Of a stretch of 64,000 nt of DNA, positions 10,803 through 24,105 are shown piece by piece. A program made the position numbers and the translations under genes. How positions within the stretch are numbered: the stretch's first letter is position 1; each line of letters starts with the position of its first letter. Location: assembly GCA_031835245.2 (NCBI GenBank), contig JAVKOQ020000008.1, forward strand, positions 310,001-374,000, given 5' to 3'. This DNA comes from Balamuthia mandrillaris (taxonomy: Eukaryota). The notes under the pieces were generated by a model that ran no database searches, was not told the DNA's origin, and saw only the letters and a program-made list of their open reading frames with translations.

Positions 10803-12334
10803 TTGCAGTTATCTCTTTGTCGAAAGTGTAGCTACCTTTCCGTCACCATTTCGGGGCTTACCATCAGTTCAGCAAACGTGGAAGGGAGTTCCACACTTGA
10901 CCACCTGCAACACCACTCCCGCCAAGGGCAGACCCACCATGGGGGACTTCCCAAAGAGGAGTTCAAAAAGTCTGGTTGGCAAGACTTTGTTCTGCAGGTC
11001 CGCAGCAAATACCGCGTTATGGCCGATGACCTTGTGCCCTGTCTACGTGGTGGTCTTGAGGAGCACATGAGCGAGTGCTGTATCAACAAGCAAGAACACA
11101 TGTTCAACTTGGTATTGGCTTTCGTTTATCCAGTTCATCTCCCCTGTCTAAAGGCTCTTCATTTACAGGTTGTAATGGACCCTCTCACAAGAAAGTATCC
11201 GGTAGAGCAGGAGCAGAAGAAAAGGTTTCTCAAGGCCTGGATAGCCTTCATAGAGGACAAAAATGCTGAAGTCTACGAGGAGCTTCTGTGGGAGTACATG
11301 CAACTTTTGACTGTGCCTTCGCAAGAGTAAGTGTAGCTCCCTATGTAAGTGATAACAACTTTTCCTCACTTTCTTGTCTCCACAATAACAGCCGCTACCA
11401 CCGCTGTTACGAACTCGGTGATTATGGTGTTGCTCCATTACGTATGGCGAAACAGAGATACGAAGACCTTGGTCTAGTCATGTGGGACGCCGCTTTTCTC
11501 CTATGTGAATTCATCATTGCTAATCCACGTACTCTTATAACCCTCCTAACCCTCGGAAGAGAGGAGATGAGAGGAGGAGAGGCAGAGGAAGGTTAGATTT
11601 TTAAGGCTTTTAACTAAAGGTATCCACATAACAGACTGTTTCGCTAATCGGACGTGCTTGGAGCTGGGTGCTGGTGTGGGACTCACTGGAGTCGCATTGG
11701 CAAGGACGAGGCCTTTACAGCTAGTTATGACTGATTACTCTTCCAAGACCTTGGAAAACCTGCACTATAACATTGGGCTAAGTAATACATGCCCCCGTGC
11801 CTCGTCTCTTTCTTTCTCTTTCTGACTGAATACCCAAAGATGACATAGCGGTTAGTCCTTTTAAAGGGTTAGCAAAGCGAAACGCTCACTGGGAGGAGCC
11901 AAATGCGCAAGTTGGTGCTTCCGTCCATATCGAAGAGTTGGAATGGAGCAAGGCTGCAGCTGACCCGTCCACTGCCAAAGCCTTTAAGGCAGACGTCATC
12001 GTGGCCTCAGATGTGGTACCTATTTCTTGCTAGGGATTGTTGTGCGAGACATATTTCGCTGACGCCTATGCCCGTACAGGTGTATTCAAAGAAGGCTATC
12101 GATAGTGTTGTGCCGTTGCTGGAGCGACTGTTGAACCCTGCTGATGGCTACAAAGCGCCCATTGCGTATGTGAGCCTGACGGTCAGAGATCGGGGCAAGC
12201 AGAGTTATTTCGAGAGAAAGCTGACAGGTGCGGGTATCACCTTCACTGACATCACCGAAAGCTCAACTTTTACACGCTTGTTTGACTATGATCGCAAGCC
12301 CCTCCATCTCTTCCTTCTTCGTAGCGGTGGTTGA
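10803..12334 (+). CDS. FAM86/EEF2KMT-like protein-lysine methyltransferase (Methyltransf_16); 5' end uncertain (candidate ATG at about 11019)
   Basis: FAM86-like PLTRKYP...RFLKAWI...EVYEEL, followed by GLVMWDAAFLLCEF, CLELGAGVGLTG, LVMTDY and ADVIVASDVVY. Confidence 0.85.
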
Positions 12335-12364
12335 TGCAACAATGACTACAGATTATTTATTTAC

Positions 12365-12399
<35 letters not shown>

Positions 12400-12416
12400 A
12401 GGGAGGAAACGGCAGA

Positions 12417-13288
12417 TTAACCAACAACTGGCTGTTCATGTGTAGGCTTCCTCCGCTTGGATAAATAGCCGGTGGGAGCAGCAAGCGAGCCAATAATATA
12501 GCCAGTAGCACGGCGGAAGCCATTCCTAATGGAGGTAACTGGGTTGACGTGGCCAAACAGGCGGCCTCTGGGTTGTTCCTCTTTTGGCAGAGTGCTGTGG
12601 TCCCATCTATCCTGCACCTTTATAACCATTTTGTGTTCTTCATCCACATATACATCCAGCAACGTTCGGTGGTGTACCTCCGTACGACCCACCGCAAGCA
12701 CGTATTTTGCCTGAAGAGAACACAGTGTCAGCGACTCCCGTGGGTGAAAGGTGTTCATAGCTCTCACCAAAACTGTACAATCGTTGTGAAGAGAGAGGAA
12801 GGTAGTTAGACCTGAATGTCGACCTCGATGCTGCCCAACTTGTAGTGAACACCAATGACTCTGAGCGAAGGCTGTTTGAACATGGTTGCCATTACGTTGA
12901 AGCGTCCGCGCACCTCTCTGATGCCTTCACATCGGCTGATGGGGTCTTCAAAGACTACATCAGGGCTGAAATGGGAGAGAAGACGTCTGGTGGGGTCTTC
13001 CTGCAACATGTACAGTCGCAAGAGGTCAGCCACCACCTCACGCTTCCACTCCAGGTTGGTGAAATCATCAATAAGCTCCCGCCAATGCCGCCAGTCCGCA
13101 TAATCCTCGTACTCAGGGAGCACTCCTCTCGCTGCCGAGTCTGAAGGTGGCGTGGGGGGAAGCGTTCCTCTTCTAGAAGTGGTAGTGGTAGTGGTGGTGG
13201 AAGTCGTCCTGGTGGCAGCGGCGCCACCCACCGGCACGGTGGCAGGGATAGGGGGAACGGGGGGCGCTGTGTCGTGTGTCGGTTCCAT
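12417..13288 (-). CDS. SnoaL/NTF2-like fold protein; 2 exons
   Basis: HFSPDVVFEDPISRCEGIREVRGRF and VIKVQDRWD are typical SnoaL-like motifs. An intron lies at about 12712-12810. Confidence 0.65.
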
Positions 13289-13607
13289 GTCCTCTATCAA
13301 TCAAGTTCTTCTTCTTCTTCTAGACAGACGTTGTCCCACCCACACCAGACTCCTTTACCTCCAACCATTCCACTCGCAAACAATCAGGCAAGTTGCCACA
13401 AGATTGCCACGGAAAAGATTCCGATTCTCCGCCTATACTACTGCTGCTGCTAATACTGATACTCATTCTAAAGACGACCACTACGGCATCCTCCCCTCCC
13501 CCTCCTACTTAGTAAAAAGTGAAGAGAAGTTGCACTTGGGTGCTACTACTATTACTACCGCCCACACTGCTGCAATAACATATTTATACCGTTGAAAGAA
13601 AGTAGGT

Positions 13608-13639
<32 letters not shown>

Positions 13640-13866
13640 CTAGAGGCCACCTGTCTCAAAGGCAGTGAACAGCTCGAAGGAGTAATCTTCCAGGTGCTTG
13701 TGAGAAGAGATGGAATCAAGGAAAGGGTTAGGGCGAGGGTCTAGCACTGCATTCACTTGCTTGCTAATGTGTGGGAGCAACTTGGCCATTGGCAAAGCTA
13801 CTGGCCCTTCCTTAGTTGCCGGTTTTGCTGTCTCGCCTGCTAGCGCATATCCATGTCAGAAAGATG

Positions 13867-13901
<35 letters not shown>

Positions 13902-14414
13902 CTTACTCTCTGAGGGAGACGCAGGGTTGTTGAACACAGAGCTCAGTTGAGAGGACATCATGAAGAATGCGTTATTGAGGCAACGTTTCAACACTTGATT
14001 AAATTCCTCGCTGGAAAAAGTGATAACTTGCATTAGCCACAATCAACATTCCGACCATCCATAAAATAGGCAATCGCAGTATACCTTTCAATGATATCTC
14101 TAGTCTCGTTTAACAGCATCTGCAACTTTCTGTCTTTAAGTTCCAATTCTTCTTCCTCCGGAGGGAGCAAAAACGTTATTAAGATGTTGTCCATCTCATT
14201 TGAGGGTACTTCTACGCTCCTCCGTATCTCGTCGAAGATATTTAAAAGATCATCAAACGTGCATTTGTACTGAAGAGGGTAGCTAATGGATTAAAAGTCA
14301 CATAAGTGAGTAAACCCACAAAGGAAAGTTCTTGCGAGAATGCGGTGATGGGGCGGACCAGAGGGCTACAGAAGCGCCCATCCACCTCTCATCAGCGCAG
14401 TAGCAAATGTGAAA

Positions 14415-14450
<36 letters not shown>

Positions 14451-15659
14451 TTGCCTAGCCATTACTTGGGTAACCACGCGTTCCACATGATGGGATAGTT
14501 GCTTAAGACCCTGGTGCAAAACGTACTCAGCAAAAGTTAAGTATTTTCTTTGTGTATCTGCGCCTAAAACAAACTCGAGTGGTATCTTCGTGCTGGTTAG
14601 TAGCTTCAAGAAGAAAGAGAACGAGATAAAGCAGAAGGAGAAAGAATGAGTGGCATTGAGTGAGATTGAAACCTTCTTTCCAGAGAGGCTGTTCATGTCT
14701 TGTTTGATCAAACTTTCTAGATAAAGATACCTTCCCACAATATTAACTTGCACCCTCAGGAACACAACCAACAGGACCAAAGCGTATACAGAGCATGTGG
14801 TCCGTGTAAAATCTTCGATGGCAGTTATGCGGTGAAAGTGTTCAGAACAATGCAAGGAGCGAAAGAGAAAGTGAATGAAAGAGAAACGACGAAAGAGAAA
14901 GTGAAAGAGAAAGAGAGTGCTACGTACTCATAACCTTGCAGCGATCCCAAAAGGCGTATTTTTCTTCTTGTGAGGTAGTCATGCTGCTACGAAGCTGGCT
15001 GGCGTTGGGAACCTCCACCAGTTCCTTCAGGTTGTCAGCAAGAGTTGGCACCATAGACAGGATGGTTGAGTCGCAGGTCTGCTGTGTGTTGTCGAAGAAG
15101 GCTTGTAACCTGCCGTGTTGTGGTCATTACGTCAGTTCAATTCTATTTTTAAAATAAAAACAGGAGGAGGAGGAGTAGGAGGAGGAGAAGGTAACCGAAA
15201 TCTATGGAGAGAGTGGGCTTGCAATGCTTTCCACTTTTGTTGAATGGAATACATGGAGTAAATAGCAACGCCACCCACTACTGCCGTCACGAAAAGGCCC
15301 TTCTTGTGGTTGCGCACAAAGTTCCTCACTCGCCTATCTACACCGCCCAAAAAAGAGCCAACCGTGTGTTGCAATCCACTCCACAACCAACCCCCTGTGG
15401 GTCCTCCTCCCGCTACCGCGGACAGTGCCATTCCTCCTCCTCCTCCTTGCGGGCCGCCGTGCATGTGGGAGACTGGCAGGGCAAAGTGGTTTATGACAGG
15501 GAGGAGTGTGCTTGCATTTCTAACTGCAGCCCCAGTGGTCAATTCCATGGTATTCAGATGGGAGCCAAGGCCACAGCGGCAGCAGCTTACTTGTTTAACT
15601 GTTGTTGTTGCTGCTGCTGTTCTTCTTGGTTTGTCGGCCGGTAATAAACTGCCCGCCAT
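13640..15659 (-). CDS. PEX3: Peroxin 3 (peroxisomal membrane biogenesis factor); multi-exon
   Basis: NFVRNHKKGLFVTAVVGG (N-terminal TM), FFDNTQQTCDSTILSMVPTL, FWDRCK...FTRT...YALVLLVVFLRVQVNIVGRYLY, MLNETRDIIES and PMAKLLP. Confidence 0.9.
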
Positions 15660-15780
15660 TTGGGGTCAATTTTTTTTGTGTGCTGTAATCATGACGACAT
15701 GAACTTTTTTTTTTGAGGAGAGATAAAACAAAAAGCAGCAGAGCAAGCACCCTCCGCTTGGTGCCCCCTGTTTATCCTAT

Positions 15781-17020
15781 CTAAAGTAGAAGAACCAATA
15801 AAGCGGGCACAAGCACAAGGGAGAGGCACACAACGAACGGTACATATGTCTTGAGGAATCGAGGCAAGCTGCGTAGGCGAGTTGCCGTCAGTTTGGTATC
15901 ATATTGCAAGAGAAGCAAGGAGGTACAATTTGATATGAGTAAGGTTAAGAAACTAAAAGGGACCACAAGAACGTGACTACAAGGAAGAAGGGGATGGCGG
16001 GAGGAATACCTTACTGATCTACCGCTAAACATGAGAAAGATTATGAGAAAAAGAGTATTCCAGGATGTTATGTTCTTGAATTTGAGCTTGTTCAATACAT
16101 AGGCAACGTGACTATGGCAATTATTACTGCAGACAAATACGTAAGAGTGGCTCTGTCAGAACAATAAATGCATACATATCGGCTATCGTCGGACAACACA
16201 ACACAACAACACAACGTGGTGGGAGGCTACAGCCTTAACCAGAGAGCATTGGCAATGCCTACCATATGAGATTGTGCTGTAGGCCAAGTTAGAACGAAGT
16301 TAAGTAGGGAGTGGCTGTGTACTGACCATTAGCTCGTCATACTTCTCCGAGGCGTTCTCTATAGTGGCATCCCATTTCCGCATTTTAGTTCGCTTGCTGT
16401 CTATCCGGGAGAGTGCCTTCAAGTCTTTCAACTGCACTCTGTAGTACCTTTAAGGGAAGGAGTTAGAGGTTAGCCAACATGGCACCCCAAACCCCACCAC
16501 CTCCACAAAGCCAACAAACGTACTTTGTGGCACGGCCGAATATCAGGCTTTGCTCGCTTCTCTGCATGCAAACACCAACAAAAGGAAAGAGGGGATGAGT
16601 GGTAATGAAAAGGGTGGAGAGTGAAGTGGAAGGGCATGGGGTTAAACTACATTGACGTGGTAAGGCCCCGCAAAGTCATGGATGACTCCTTTGGAGGTTA
16701 CGATACCCAAGTGACCTATAAAGGGACATATCCAACTGTGCCAATCATGCAAGTTCTCCTTCGTTGAGTGGGTGGAAAAAGAAAAAAAGAACAAAAAGGG
16801 GAAAGAAGCACCTGAGAACTGGTAGTGGGCACCAAACAATGCACAGAGGAAAGTAATCTCTTTTCCGATCAATTTGAGGGAGCTTAGCGTCCAGTTCTTC
16901 GTCAGAGTCGGAAGAAGAACTCGTTGACAAAAGGGTCTTTCCTGTCAATGTCACGCCACCGGCGGTGCCGAGTGTTGCAGAAGAAACGAATCTGGGGTTT
17001 AGTTGGTTCTCCTCCATCAT
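15781..17020 (-). CDS. TMEM222: TMEM222/RTE1-like (DUF778) membrane protein; multi-exon
   Basis: [48 protein letters not shown], WDATI and HNLICNNCHSHVAYVLN. Confidence 0.9.
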
Positions 17021-18024
17021 CTTTGCCTTTTCTTCTTTGGCTGGTTTAGGCTAGGTTAGGGCTACCAGGCAGTTGATGTAGTAGGGTCCACGTCGGCGTT
17101 TCATCCGAAATTTCTTGACGAAGTTTCCTACAGAAATTTACCTTAAAATTTCTGACGTCATCTCAAAAGTTCCTTTTTTTGTAGATATTGACCTGAGGAA
17201 TTGCACGTGCGGTTAAAACGCTTCACTCTCCGAATTGGCAATTTCCGTCTATGACCCTTTGCTGTTGACATTTTCTTTTAAACTTGTCTGTTTCCTCCCC
17301 GAATGTTCGCCGGGTCATTCTGTTTCTCATTGGAGGTACAACTCAACCCAAACCATTTTTGGAGTTTAAGGCGAGCTCCGATCGCACCGGAATGTCCGCC
17401 ATTGGCCTGGCCAGCACTTCTGAAGTTCCACTCGCCAAGATCCTGAACAAACCTTGTCGAAGAGTTGTAGTACGCTTGTCAGGAAGCTTGACGCAGGTTG
17501 TACGCTTTGCGCTAATTTGGTGAGAGGCCCACTTGAATGAACGCCGGCAAAACCTGTCAAACGTGTTACTTGTTTTATTTTATTTTTGTTTTTTAAGTAA
17601 CGACGGAACCCTCTACCTCTGTCGGTTTAATTTGGATTGTCAAGGGAGAAAAGAGTACGCCGCTCCTTTCTTCTTTCTTCCTTCTTCTTTTTGAAGTGCT
17701 CCTTTGGCAGTTCATCACATTTTTATTCCCGTCACAGTTATTTTTTTGACAATCCTTTTTGGTTTCCAAAGGCATTAAAAAAATAAACTAACCAACAAAG
17801 CCAGTTAAACGGAGGTAAGCTTGACAAACGAGTAGAGCACCGTTTAACGCGCATCGAAGCATAGTTGTGGAATTTTGTGAGCCTCTCCACTTCGTTTATG
17901 CTCTTGTAGAATTTTTTTGTTTCTTTTATTTTTTTTTCTTTCTCTTTTTTTTTCCCACAGTTCCCGCAAACTTCCACAACACTGTGAATATTTTTTGTTT
18001 TACTGTCGTGCCACTTCCACCAAC

Positions 18025-19837
18025 ATGGAGACAGTAGAAGCTAAAAAACTGAGGATTGAGGGCGTCGTTGACTGGTTCGTAATTTGGTTTCCTCGCGAAG
18101 AGCAGCACTTGTGAAGTTTCCAACTGGAGGCAAAAAACAAAAAAGGCGCAACACTGACCACGCTCCTTTGTAACGGTGTTTTTCTGCAGGTTGAAGGACA
18201 ACTATGTGATCTCTCCGGGCCATGCTCCTTTACTGGAGAAGAAGGACGTCTACAATCACTACAAAAGAGCTTGCAAACAAAAGGGGATCCGCCCAACTTC
18301 CTCCGCTGCTTTTGGCCGTTTACTCCACGCTGCCTTCCCGGAGAGAGAGACTTGCAGGAAGAAGGACAAGTACCGCTTGAGGCATTTCTACTTACACTTG
18401 AAACGAAGGGATGGTGCTGAGAGTAGTCAGTACGGTTCCGACGCTCCCGAATCTCTTCGTGACATGGACCACAAAGCGCACAATGCCTACTATTGCAAAC
18501 CCCACGCTATTGAGCTACGAGGAAGAAGCTCCCCCTTTGGTTCTCCGGCAACTGCTGATTCGTCCTCGCCTTCTTCCTCGCCTTCTCCCTCTCCCGCCTC
18601 CTCCACTTCCTCCTCTCCTTCTTCCCCCTTCGCTGCAACCCCTTCTCCCTTCTGGACGGACAGCGACTCTACAGTGCCTTTCACAGATGACCACCTGTTT
18701 GGATCTTTGGCAACTTCTTCGTTGGGAATGTCAAGCACGCCATCATTCGGCTATCCTGCTGCCCACCCTACTTCGTCTGGTTGTGGCAATGACGTACCCT
18801 TTGTTCGAGTCAACTCCAGCGCCACAACTACTGCCGTTGCCTCTCTTCTTTGTCCCTCCGATCGGGACCAGAGGACCAGTGGTCTCTCGCATCCCGTCAA
18901 CCACGAGTCCGCTGAGCCAGTCGTGCCCTGGTATTTGGATAACGTCAACTTCCCGTACTCTAAATATGGTGTGTATTCTTTCTCTTTTCTTCATCCCTCG
19001 TCCTTTCTAACTTGGGTTGTGGCTCTAGGCCTGGATCCGAACCAAGTGAACTTGGCCAACATGGACATCTCTCGCGGTCCTATGCAACGCAATAGGAGAG
19101 GCAGAAGGCCCAGCAATGCCAGCACCCACCCACCCGCAAAACCGGTGGCGTCATCCGTGGACGCCCAAAAACCAGTACACCATGCGGCCACGAGCTCCTT
19201 TATACCCGTATCTCAGACTGGAGAGATGCCCTTCGCCACCAAGCATTCACGCCCACGGGAAAGTCTGCCGGACTTGACCATTGGCGAGGATTTTGATGGT
19301 TGCGAGAGTGAGGACGAAGACGCTCGCCCAAAGAAAAGAGAAAGACGTGGCACCGTTGGTGGCATGGATATGGAGATGAAGCCCTTTGAGTTTCACGGAG
19401 TCAACGAACATCAAGTGATGACAAGCCTTCAAGCACTATCACCTGTCAAGGAGGAATTCGGAGAAGAGTCCTACCAGAGGAAATTTATGGTAGAGGACTC
19501 CTGTTTGCCTCTCTTCCCTTCGATAGTGTCCTCCAACCACCACCCTTCCATGGCTTATTCTTCTTACCCTCACGCTGTGGAACATAATCCCCTTCACATG
19601 AATGTTCCGGACATGCTCTACCTTGCTCCTACTTCCTCCAATGAAACAATGGGCTGCAATCCCCTGCATTCTTCCGTATGTGAAACTGGTTGGATATGCT
19701 GTCTCGAGGGAAATTGCTCCTGCAATGGCCTTGTGGAGCACAGCGCCTCCATCTCCGCCGCAGCGTCCTCTACCACAACAACCACCACAACTAGCAGCAC
19801 TGCTCCCCCCTCGTGGATGGAAGAGCTTCTTTTGTGA
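18025..19837 (+). CDS. RFX-type winged-helix DNA-binding domain protein with long low-complexity C-terminus
   Basis: Spliced VVDWLKDNY...LEKKDVYNHYKRACKQKGIRPTSSAAFGRLLHAAFP...HFYLHLKRR matches the RFX DNA-binding domain pattern. Confidence 0.75.
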
Positions 19838-19904
19838 GACTCAGCAAGCGGTTGGGAAGTTGGGCTCATGGGGACATTTCTTCCGGTACATATGTACATT
19901 TATC

Positions 19905-19935
<31 letters not shown>

Positions 19936-20630
19936 TGAACAGCGACACCACATCGACGCCATAACAACATTTCCATAGCGATGCCCACCCCGCATCGTAT
20001 TTGACTGGCCATAACCACACCTACTTGCCAGTCTGTCAACTGCCCTCGTACTTTCACCATGTTTATTTATTCTATTAGTTTTTTTTTTAATTTTTTGTTG
20101 GCGTTGGTCTTGGTATTGCTTGCATGCGGATTGCTGCCACCTCCGCCGCCACCAAGACCTCCGCCAGAAGGAAAAGTCAATCGCAGAAGCATTACTCTCC
20201 TCCTGTTCTTGCTCCTGCTGCCTTTTTGATTTTTTCTTTGTTTTTGTTATCACCACCAACCCTTCTTACTATCACACCATCCATTGTATTTATAAAGTCA
20301 GAATCATTTCCTTACTCCTCTTTTCTGTTTGTTGTTTCTATTTCTCTTTGATAGCCTTCGCCTTTTATGCCTTGTTCTTTGTCTTCTGGTCCTCTATCCC
20401 TGCATCCTCTCATTACTTTATTTCTCTTCATTTCTCTTTCCCTTTCCCCATGGCTCTCTTTCTCTGGTCTCTTTTCCTCGTCCACTTTTCCTTTTTCTCT
20501 CCATTCCGTTCTCTCTTACCTATTATCCTAGCTCTTTCTATGCAATCGTGTTCTCTGTCTCTCTCCACTTTCTCTGTTCTGTTTCCTCTTTCTCTGTCTT
20601 TTTCTCGTTCGCATAAGCGTTTATTTGTTA

Positions 20631-21285
20631 TCATCGGCGGTTGGCATCCACGTTTATAACAGTGCCTTTGCTTGAAGCGGGAGAAGAAGAGCCCGCCTTC
20701 TTGATGTGTTTTTCACGAACTCGCGCTAATACTTGGTGTATCTCCCATTGCGCCTTTTCGTACTGCTCGGTCGGTTCTTCGGACCTCAACGCTTCTCCTT
20801 CTCTGAAAATAACAAACAGCATTGGGGTAGGGTGAGCATTACACTTTCACGCATGACTTTAGGGAGAGCAGTGCAAGAATACCTTCGGGCGTACTCTTTT
20901 AGTTCCTTGGCCACGTCTTGGAAATAGGGGCCTTGGTGCACTGGTTCTCTTTGTGAGCGGGTGCGCAGCAGATGGGCTATCTCTTCGGCGGCCTGTTGCC
21001 TTTCTGCCTCCTCGCCTGTTTTTCACGTTGCAGTCAGGGCGTGAACGTTAGAGTACCACCCTTTTTTGGTGTGGGGCAAAAACCTGCTCCTGTTTGCGCT
21101 TCCGAAGGTTCATCCAACCTCTCGCCGTGTTGTGGTTTCTTCTGGTGCTGCGAGCCCGTTGCTCCAGTGCCCAAATCTCGAGCGGTGGTGCTGAAAAGGA
21201 GGCGAGGTGCCCCACTGAGCGTGCATCGAACCGAGGCTCCTGCTGCTCTGGTCGTGAAGATTCTTGTGGTGGTGACTTGCCACAT
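20631..21285 (-). CDS. Hypothetical small protein, possible mitochondrial presequence; 3 exons
   Basis: Arg/Thr/Ser-rich N-terminus without acidic residues (MWQVTTTRIFTTRAAGASVRCTLSGAPRLLFSTT). GT-AG introns link open exons. No family recognised. Confidence 0.55.
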
Positions 21286-21691
21286 GGCTTGCTTGAATTT
21301 TTTGTGTTGGCGGCGAGAAGCCCTGCGCCGATGCCCCTCTGCTCAAAGCCTCCCCAGAGATTCCAAGTCCAAAAGCACCACTCCTCAAGCGTAACAGGCC
21401 AATAATGACGACCCGAGATGTTACCGAAACTTAATTACGTGGGGGGTTTGTCTCTTCCGGCCCAGCCGTACGGTGGTAGTAGGTGAGTGAGAGAGGGTTT
21501 TATCCCCCCCAACAAAAAAAAGGCCTTGGTTGCTGCTGCTGTTTATTATCAGGCGGCTGCCGGCAGAAGAGGAGAGAGGAAAGAGGAAGATCTTTCCCTT
21601 TTTTTTTTTCTTTGGGTTTGGAGGGAAGGAGAAGAGGAGAGCCAGTTCCTTGCCTTCAACGTTTGTTGTTGTTGTTGTTGTTTTGCCCGCC

Positions 21692-22930
21692 ATGCACAGC
21701 CCACGCCACCGCAACGAGTGGAAAATCGACCCGGCCGCCCTCACCTTCACCGATAAACTGGGGGCAGGGGCAAGCGCCAAAGTCTACAAAGGTGCTGGCT
21801 TGCTTTCTTGCCTTGTTCTCTAACAAGTTCTGACCACTCACACAATTATTCTGCGTTCAGGGCTTTACCAGGGCAAAGAAGTGGCTATTAAAATATTGAA
21901 GGTTGGTGATCATGTTTGTTGGGTGTTGTTGTTGCGGGCTTTAAGACTTGTTTCTTTTTTTTTTTTTGTATTTCTATTTTATTTTCTTTCTTTCAAACAG
22001 CACAAGTTCGAGGGAGATGGATCAGATGCGCGAGCTATTCGTGACTTTGAACATGAGTGCGAGATTATGAGGTAACTCTATCTATCTCCTCTGTTCTTGC
22101 TTGCCCTCCTTTTATTTAAAGTCCTGCGTGGTGGTTTTGCTGAAAGGCGTTTCTTTATTTTGACATATGTTGCAGCAAAGTGAGCTCTCCATATATTTTA
22201 CGCTTTTATGGAAGCTGTCTTGAGCCCCAAGTTTGTATTGTGGTGGACTATTGCTCTCGGGGAAGCTTGTATGACGTACTCCAAGATGAAACTATGGACA
22301 TTACTTGGGGCCGATGTTTCAAGGTTTGTGTGTTTGTGTTTGTGTTTGTGTTTGTGTTTGTGTTTGTGTTTGTTATGTGAAGACACGATAGCACCGGTTG
22401 TCACTTCTCCGTAGTTTCAGACGGAACTTTTTTATCTCGTGCCAAAAGCACAAAAGGATAACTACCACTGGATACCACTCATTTAAATAGTGGCGTCTTT
22501 TGAACTGATCCTTGACAGCCCTTCTCGCTTTATTCTCTTTCTTGTGGTACTCTTGTCTAATATTTGGTGGAATTACTCTTTCTCCATGTAAAAACAGTGG
22601 GCTCACGAGATGGTCCTTGCAATTCAGGCGTTACACAACAACGATCCACCCATCTTCCACAGAGACCTTAAGACTCCAAACTTGCTGGTTCTCTCCTCCC
22701 TCTACCCCACAACTCGGGCTTAAGTTACATGCGTATTAATCTCTCGTTTAAAAAACGATAGTTGGATCAAGATTGGAGCATAAAGGTTTGCGATTTTGGA
22801 GCAAGTAGAGTGGAAAAGGAGGATGCATCGACGTTGGGCAAGCTTAGGGGCACATATGCCTATTGTGCACCCGAAATCTACTTTAAGACCAAGTTCACAA
22901 CAAAATCTGATGTATATAGGTTTGTTATCC

Positions 22931-22962
<32 letters not shown>

Positions 22963-23454
22963 TCTCTATCTCTCTCGCTCTCTCTCTCTCTCTTGTTGGT
23001 TGTTTCTTACACTTCGCCAAACAGTATAGGGATAATTCTATGGGAGTTTTTTGTGAGGTGTCTTACTGGCAAGTATCAAAAACCTTACAGCGAGTTTCCA
23101 CAGCTGACACTTGGCTTCGCGGTCATCATCAAGACCGCCAAGAGCCAGCTAAGACCAACGGTACCGGATAACATGCCAACTGAGATCGCCGACCTCATTC
23201 GAAAGTGCTGGCACCCCGTTCCAGAGGAGAGACCCGAGTGCTCCGAGGTCCTTTCCGAACTTAACGCCCTCGAACAATTGTACGAAACAACCAAGAAGGA
23301 GGAGTGGAATGCGCTAAGAACAATTCCTGAAAACGCTGCCAAACCTAAGGAAAGACGAAGTTATCTCAGCAGAACAGAGTCCATGAGGCAGCCTCTTATG
23401 AGGGAACATTTGAACGAGCTGGCTGGTTTTTCCAATGTGCGGGTCCACGACTGA
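21692..23454 (+). CDS. TKL-group Ser/Thr(/Tyr) protein kinase; multi-exon
   Basis: LGAGASAKVYKG, VAIK, FHRDLKTPNLL, KVCDFG, GTYAYCAPE, SDVYS.GIILWE and CW...PEERP. Confidence 0.95.
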
Positions 23455-24105
23455 TCCTCTCTGCTGCTAGTGCACCTCTCCCTGCGGAGTGTGGCCGCCC
23501 AAAGAGCAACACACAGCCCAGAGCAGTTTTTGGAGTATTGATGCTGTGCACACTGCCCCTTTTCTTATTTTCTTGATGGAGAACAACGACCATTCTTTTG
23601 TATTTATTATTCCGTGTGTTGTTTTGGTGTCCGCCACTGCTCTCTGTGTTCTCTGTGGTCTGCTCTCTTTGCGGCCGTTGCAGGGCGATTGAGAGGCAAA
23701 AGTACGTTTTATGGAGGTTAGCAGTTGCGCAGGAATGGACAGCAGAGGCCTTGCGTCCTTTTTATTATTAGACTGAAAAGAAATGGCGAGGGAAAAAAGG
23801 GCAGCAAAAAAGTCCCTACGCTTCCCCGCTACTCTCAGCGGGGGAAAATTAGTGTCGACAAGGACCACTGTCAAACCCTACCATTGCGCGTTAGTCCTTT
23901 ATTTATAGTTGAAAAGAAAACAGAAATCCCTGAAAGAAGAAGGGGGGCCAGAGCGGCCACGCCGAGAGGAGGAAGCAACAACTCACTCTTGCCAGTGGCA
24001 GGCGGTTGGTTGCGTTGCCTGTTGTGCTGCTTCCCACTGTGCTGTTGCCAGAAACACAAACAAAAAGCCACTTTCCCTGACGACTACTAACAAGCAACGC
24101 AAACG

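Noticed and set aside
17040..17090. TTAGGG-like units (also at about 13727, 30983 and 35209)
   Set aside because: Only one or two scattered copies each, with no telomeric array.
17284..17560. Short ORFs in the TMEM222-RFX divergent intergenic region
   Set aside because: No recognisable motif, ATG start or splice support in any frame. Probably promoter or UTR sequence.
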